DNA of 63,236 nt, the filler included, from Dimorphilus gyrociliatus (lineage: Eukaryota; Animalia; Annelida): the NCBI GenBank assembly GCA_904063045.1. It is 4 parts of 4 records of this genome, joined end to end, with 100 filler letters (N's around TTAATTAATTAA, not from the genome) between each part and the next. Parts side by side here need not be neighbours in the genome. Positions count along the whole stretch, not along the records: positions 55,526 to 63,236 come from CAJFCJ010000101.1; 3 more parts are not named here. The stretch is one strand, 5' to 3'. The notes under the pieces are model-generated. The model saw only the letters and a program-made list of their open reading frames with translations, had not been told where the DNA came from and ran no database searches. Positions within the stretch are counted from its first letter, which is position 1, and every line of letters starts with the position of its first letter. Both the position numbers and the translations under genes were made by a program. This document shows, piece by piece, positions 61,454-63,236 of this stretch.

Positions 61454-62289
61454 TTAATGCCTTAATATTTTGTGTATACCCTTAGCTTCTACAACTGCCC
61501 TAAGCCTTCTTTCCATTGTCTCATATAAAAATTGAATTTCCAATTCTGAAATTTTAAAAAATTCCTCTCTGAACATCTCCCACAACTCATCCTTGTTTCT
61601 TGGCTTACATGCCATTAAACTTTTTTTGCATATGCCCCATATTTGCTCAATTATGTTCAGGTCTGGGCTGTTTGCTGGCCATGGATCCAGTGTTTCTACT
61701 CCCTTTCTCTTGAGGTATGCTTTTGTTCTGGCTGCTGTATGACAGCCAGCCCCATCCTGCTGGAAAATTTCCCCTCTCCTATAATTTGGGACAACATGAC
61801 TGCTCAAAATTTTGACATAATCCAAAGCTGTCATGTGATTAGACACTAAAGCTAGGCCCCAAACACCATGATATTCCCTCCCACAAATTTTACTGTTTTT
61901 GTGGTATATTTGGGGTCATTCCATTTACCAGGTGGCCTCCTAACAAACTCCCTTCTCCTAGGATGCAGCTCAACCTTTGATTCATCAGAAAAAATTACTA
62001 TTTTCCAGTTTTCAATCCCTCAGTTTTCTCTCTCTCTACAGAACTCTTTCCTACTTATTATCTGCCTCTTAGATAAAGCAGGTTTTTTGGCTGCAATTCT
62101 CCCATTTAAGTTATTTTTTTGTAGTACCTGCTTCACTGTTGTTAGAGAAAGAGATATAGGTATACCAGAATTATATAATACTTGATGGGCCATCCACTTC
62201 CGGTTTGCTTTAGATGCCCTGGTAATTTGCCTTTCCATCTTTGGTGTCACTTTTTTTGGTCTACCACTTCTTTGCTTATCTTTTATCAT
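61454..62289 (-). mobile_element. Tc1-family transposase remnant (DD35E spacing), internally deleted
   Basis: DKQRSGRPKKVT, RIAAKKPAL, IFSDESKVEL, FQQDGAGCHT...WPANSPDLNIIEQIW (35 residues between D and E). Confidence 0.85.
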
Positions 62290-62415
62290 TTTTAGCTCTT
62301 TAAATTTATTTTTTATATTTTGTACAGTAGTTGACTACATTTAAAAAGCTTTGCCACTTTTCCAATGGACATTTCGAATAGGGGTGAAACCGTACCTGGG
62401 TGAAACCTCATCTGA

Positions 62416-62494
62416 GTGAAACTGTACCCATTTTGGGTGAAACTGTACCCATTTTGGGTGAAACTGTACCCATTTTGGGTGAAACTGTACCCAT
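62416..62494. repeat. 21-bp tandem repeat GTGAAACTGTACCCATTTTGG (~3.8 copies)
   Basis: Direct sequence; no spacers; preceded by GGGGTGAAACCGTACC (TIR-like). Confidence 0.9.
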
Positions 62495-62502
62495 AAAAAT
62501 AT

Positions 62503-62880
62503 GGGGTCGACAGAAAACGTCCATGAAAGAAAACATCCATGAAAGAAAACATCCATGAACTGAAAGAAAACGTCCATTAAAATAAATTTCATTTAAATAT
62601 AAATATGTGTTGAAAAAGTAAACCTTTGGTAAAAGAATATGTTAAACATATAATTAATAAATGAAATATTCACAAAAAAAATCACTTAACTTTTCCTATT
62701 AGCTTAATTTTTTAGGAATTATATTTCCTTATGGAGTGAAAGAAAACATCCATAAAGTGAAAGAAAACGTCCATAAAGTGAAAGTAAACATCCATAAAGT
62801 GAAAGAAAATGTCCATACAGTGAAAGAAAATGTCTATAAACTAAAAGTAAATATCCATGAACTAAAAGAAAACATGAATA
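62503..62880. repeat. MULE/MITE TIR-type subterminal repeats: GGGGTCGACAGAAAACGTCC then 14- and 21-bp GAAAGAAAACATCCAT arrays
   Basis: Arrays at ~62510-62580 and 62736-62878; the core motif is shared with 2201 and 45449. Confidence 0.75.
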
Positions 62881-63236
62881 AAAATAAATTTCATTTAAAT
62901 GTAAATCTATATTGAAAAACAAGTTAATAGAAAACTTTTTATATATACAACTTTAGGTTTACCATATAAATTGTGTATTGATTATTTGTAAACAACTTTA
63001 AAAGAAAGACAAACTTTTTTCAAGTTTTACAATTAAATGACCAGTGTTTTCAAGTAAAGTTTTTTGATATCAAGGTATTGTCAACTATTTTTAATAATAT
63101 AATTCTGAGCAAAGCTGCAGAAGCTGCTTTGCATTAATTTCACCTGTTTTAAAATTTTCCCAAATTAAGAAAGAGATCTTTTTGAATTTGGCTATAAGTC
63201 TTCCTTTGAAGTATAATTATCTTTCTCTCACTTAAA

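Noticed and set aside
62416-62880. CRISPR array
   Set aside because: The repeats are contiguous with no unique spacers, there are no cas genes, and the context is eukaryotic.

Overview
This window is a concatenation, not one locus. Three identical 100-bp spacers (44 N + TTAATTAATTAA + 44 N; at 9350-9449, 28231-28330, 55426-55525) join four scaffolds. Scaffolds A (1-9349), C (28331-55425) and D (55526-63236) look like an AT-rich invertebrate with short GT-AG introns. They carry a beta-lactamase-family gene, RING, GPCR fragment, F-type lectin, SRCR, TRPM-like channel, a Death-TIR-TIR-CaaX gene, a PAN-domain gene, and Tc1, MULE and Ty3/gypsy remnants. Scaffold B (9450-28230) is microsporidian: a minus-strand SSU-short ITS-LSU unit with the 5.8S fused to the LSU. 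Tc1, Merlin and a Ginger2/TDD-like integrase DNA transposon lie upstream of the rDNA. Downstream of the LSU lie a complete 68-nt HDV-like ribozyme fold (17205-17138), a ~1.1-kb non-autonomous element and an APE-RT LINE; the last two share a conserved, apparently structured 3' tail. The best candidates for undescribed systems are (1) this rDNA read-through / ribozyme / LINE array in a microsporidian and (2) the head-to-tail animal pair of a SLOG-bearing TRPM-like channel and a prenylated Death-TIR-TIR protein, which recalls bacterial Thoeris logic. The pair is present twice, probably as uncollapsed haplotypes. All calls are by eye; no database searches were run.
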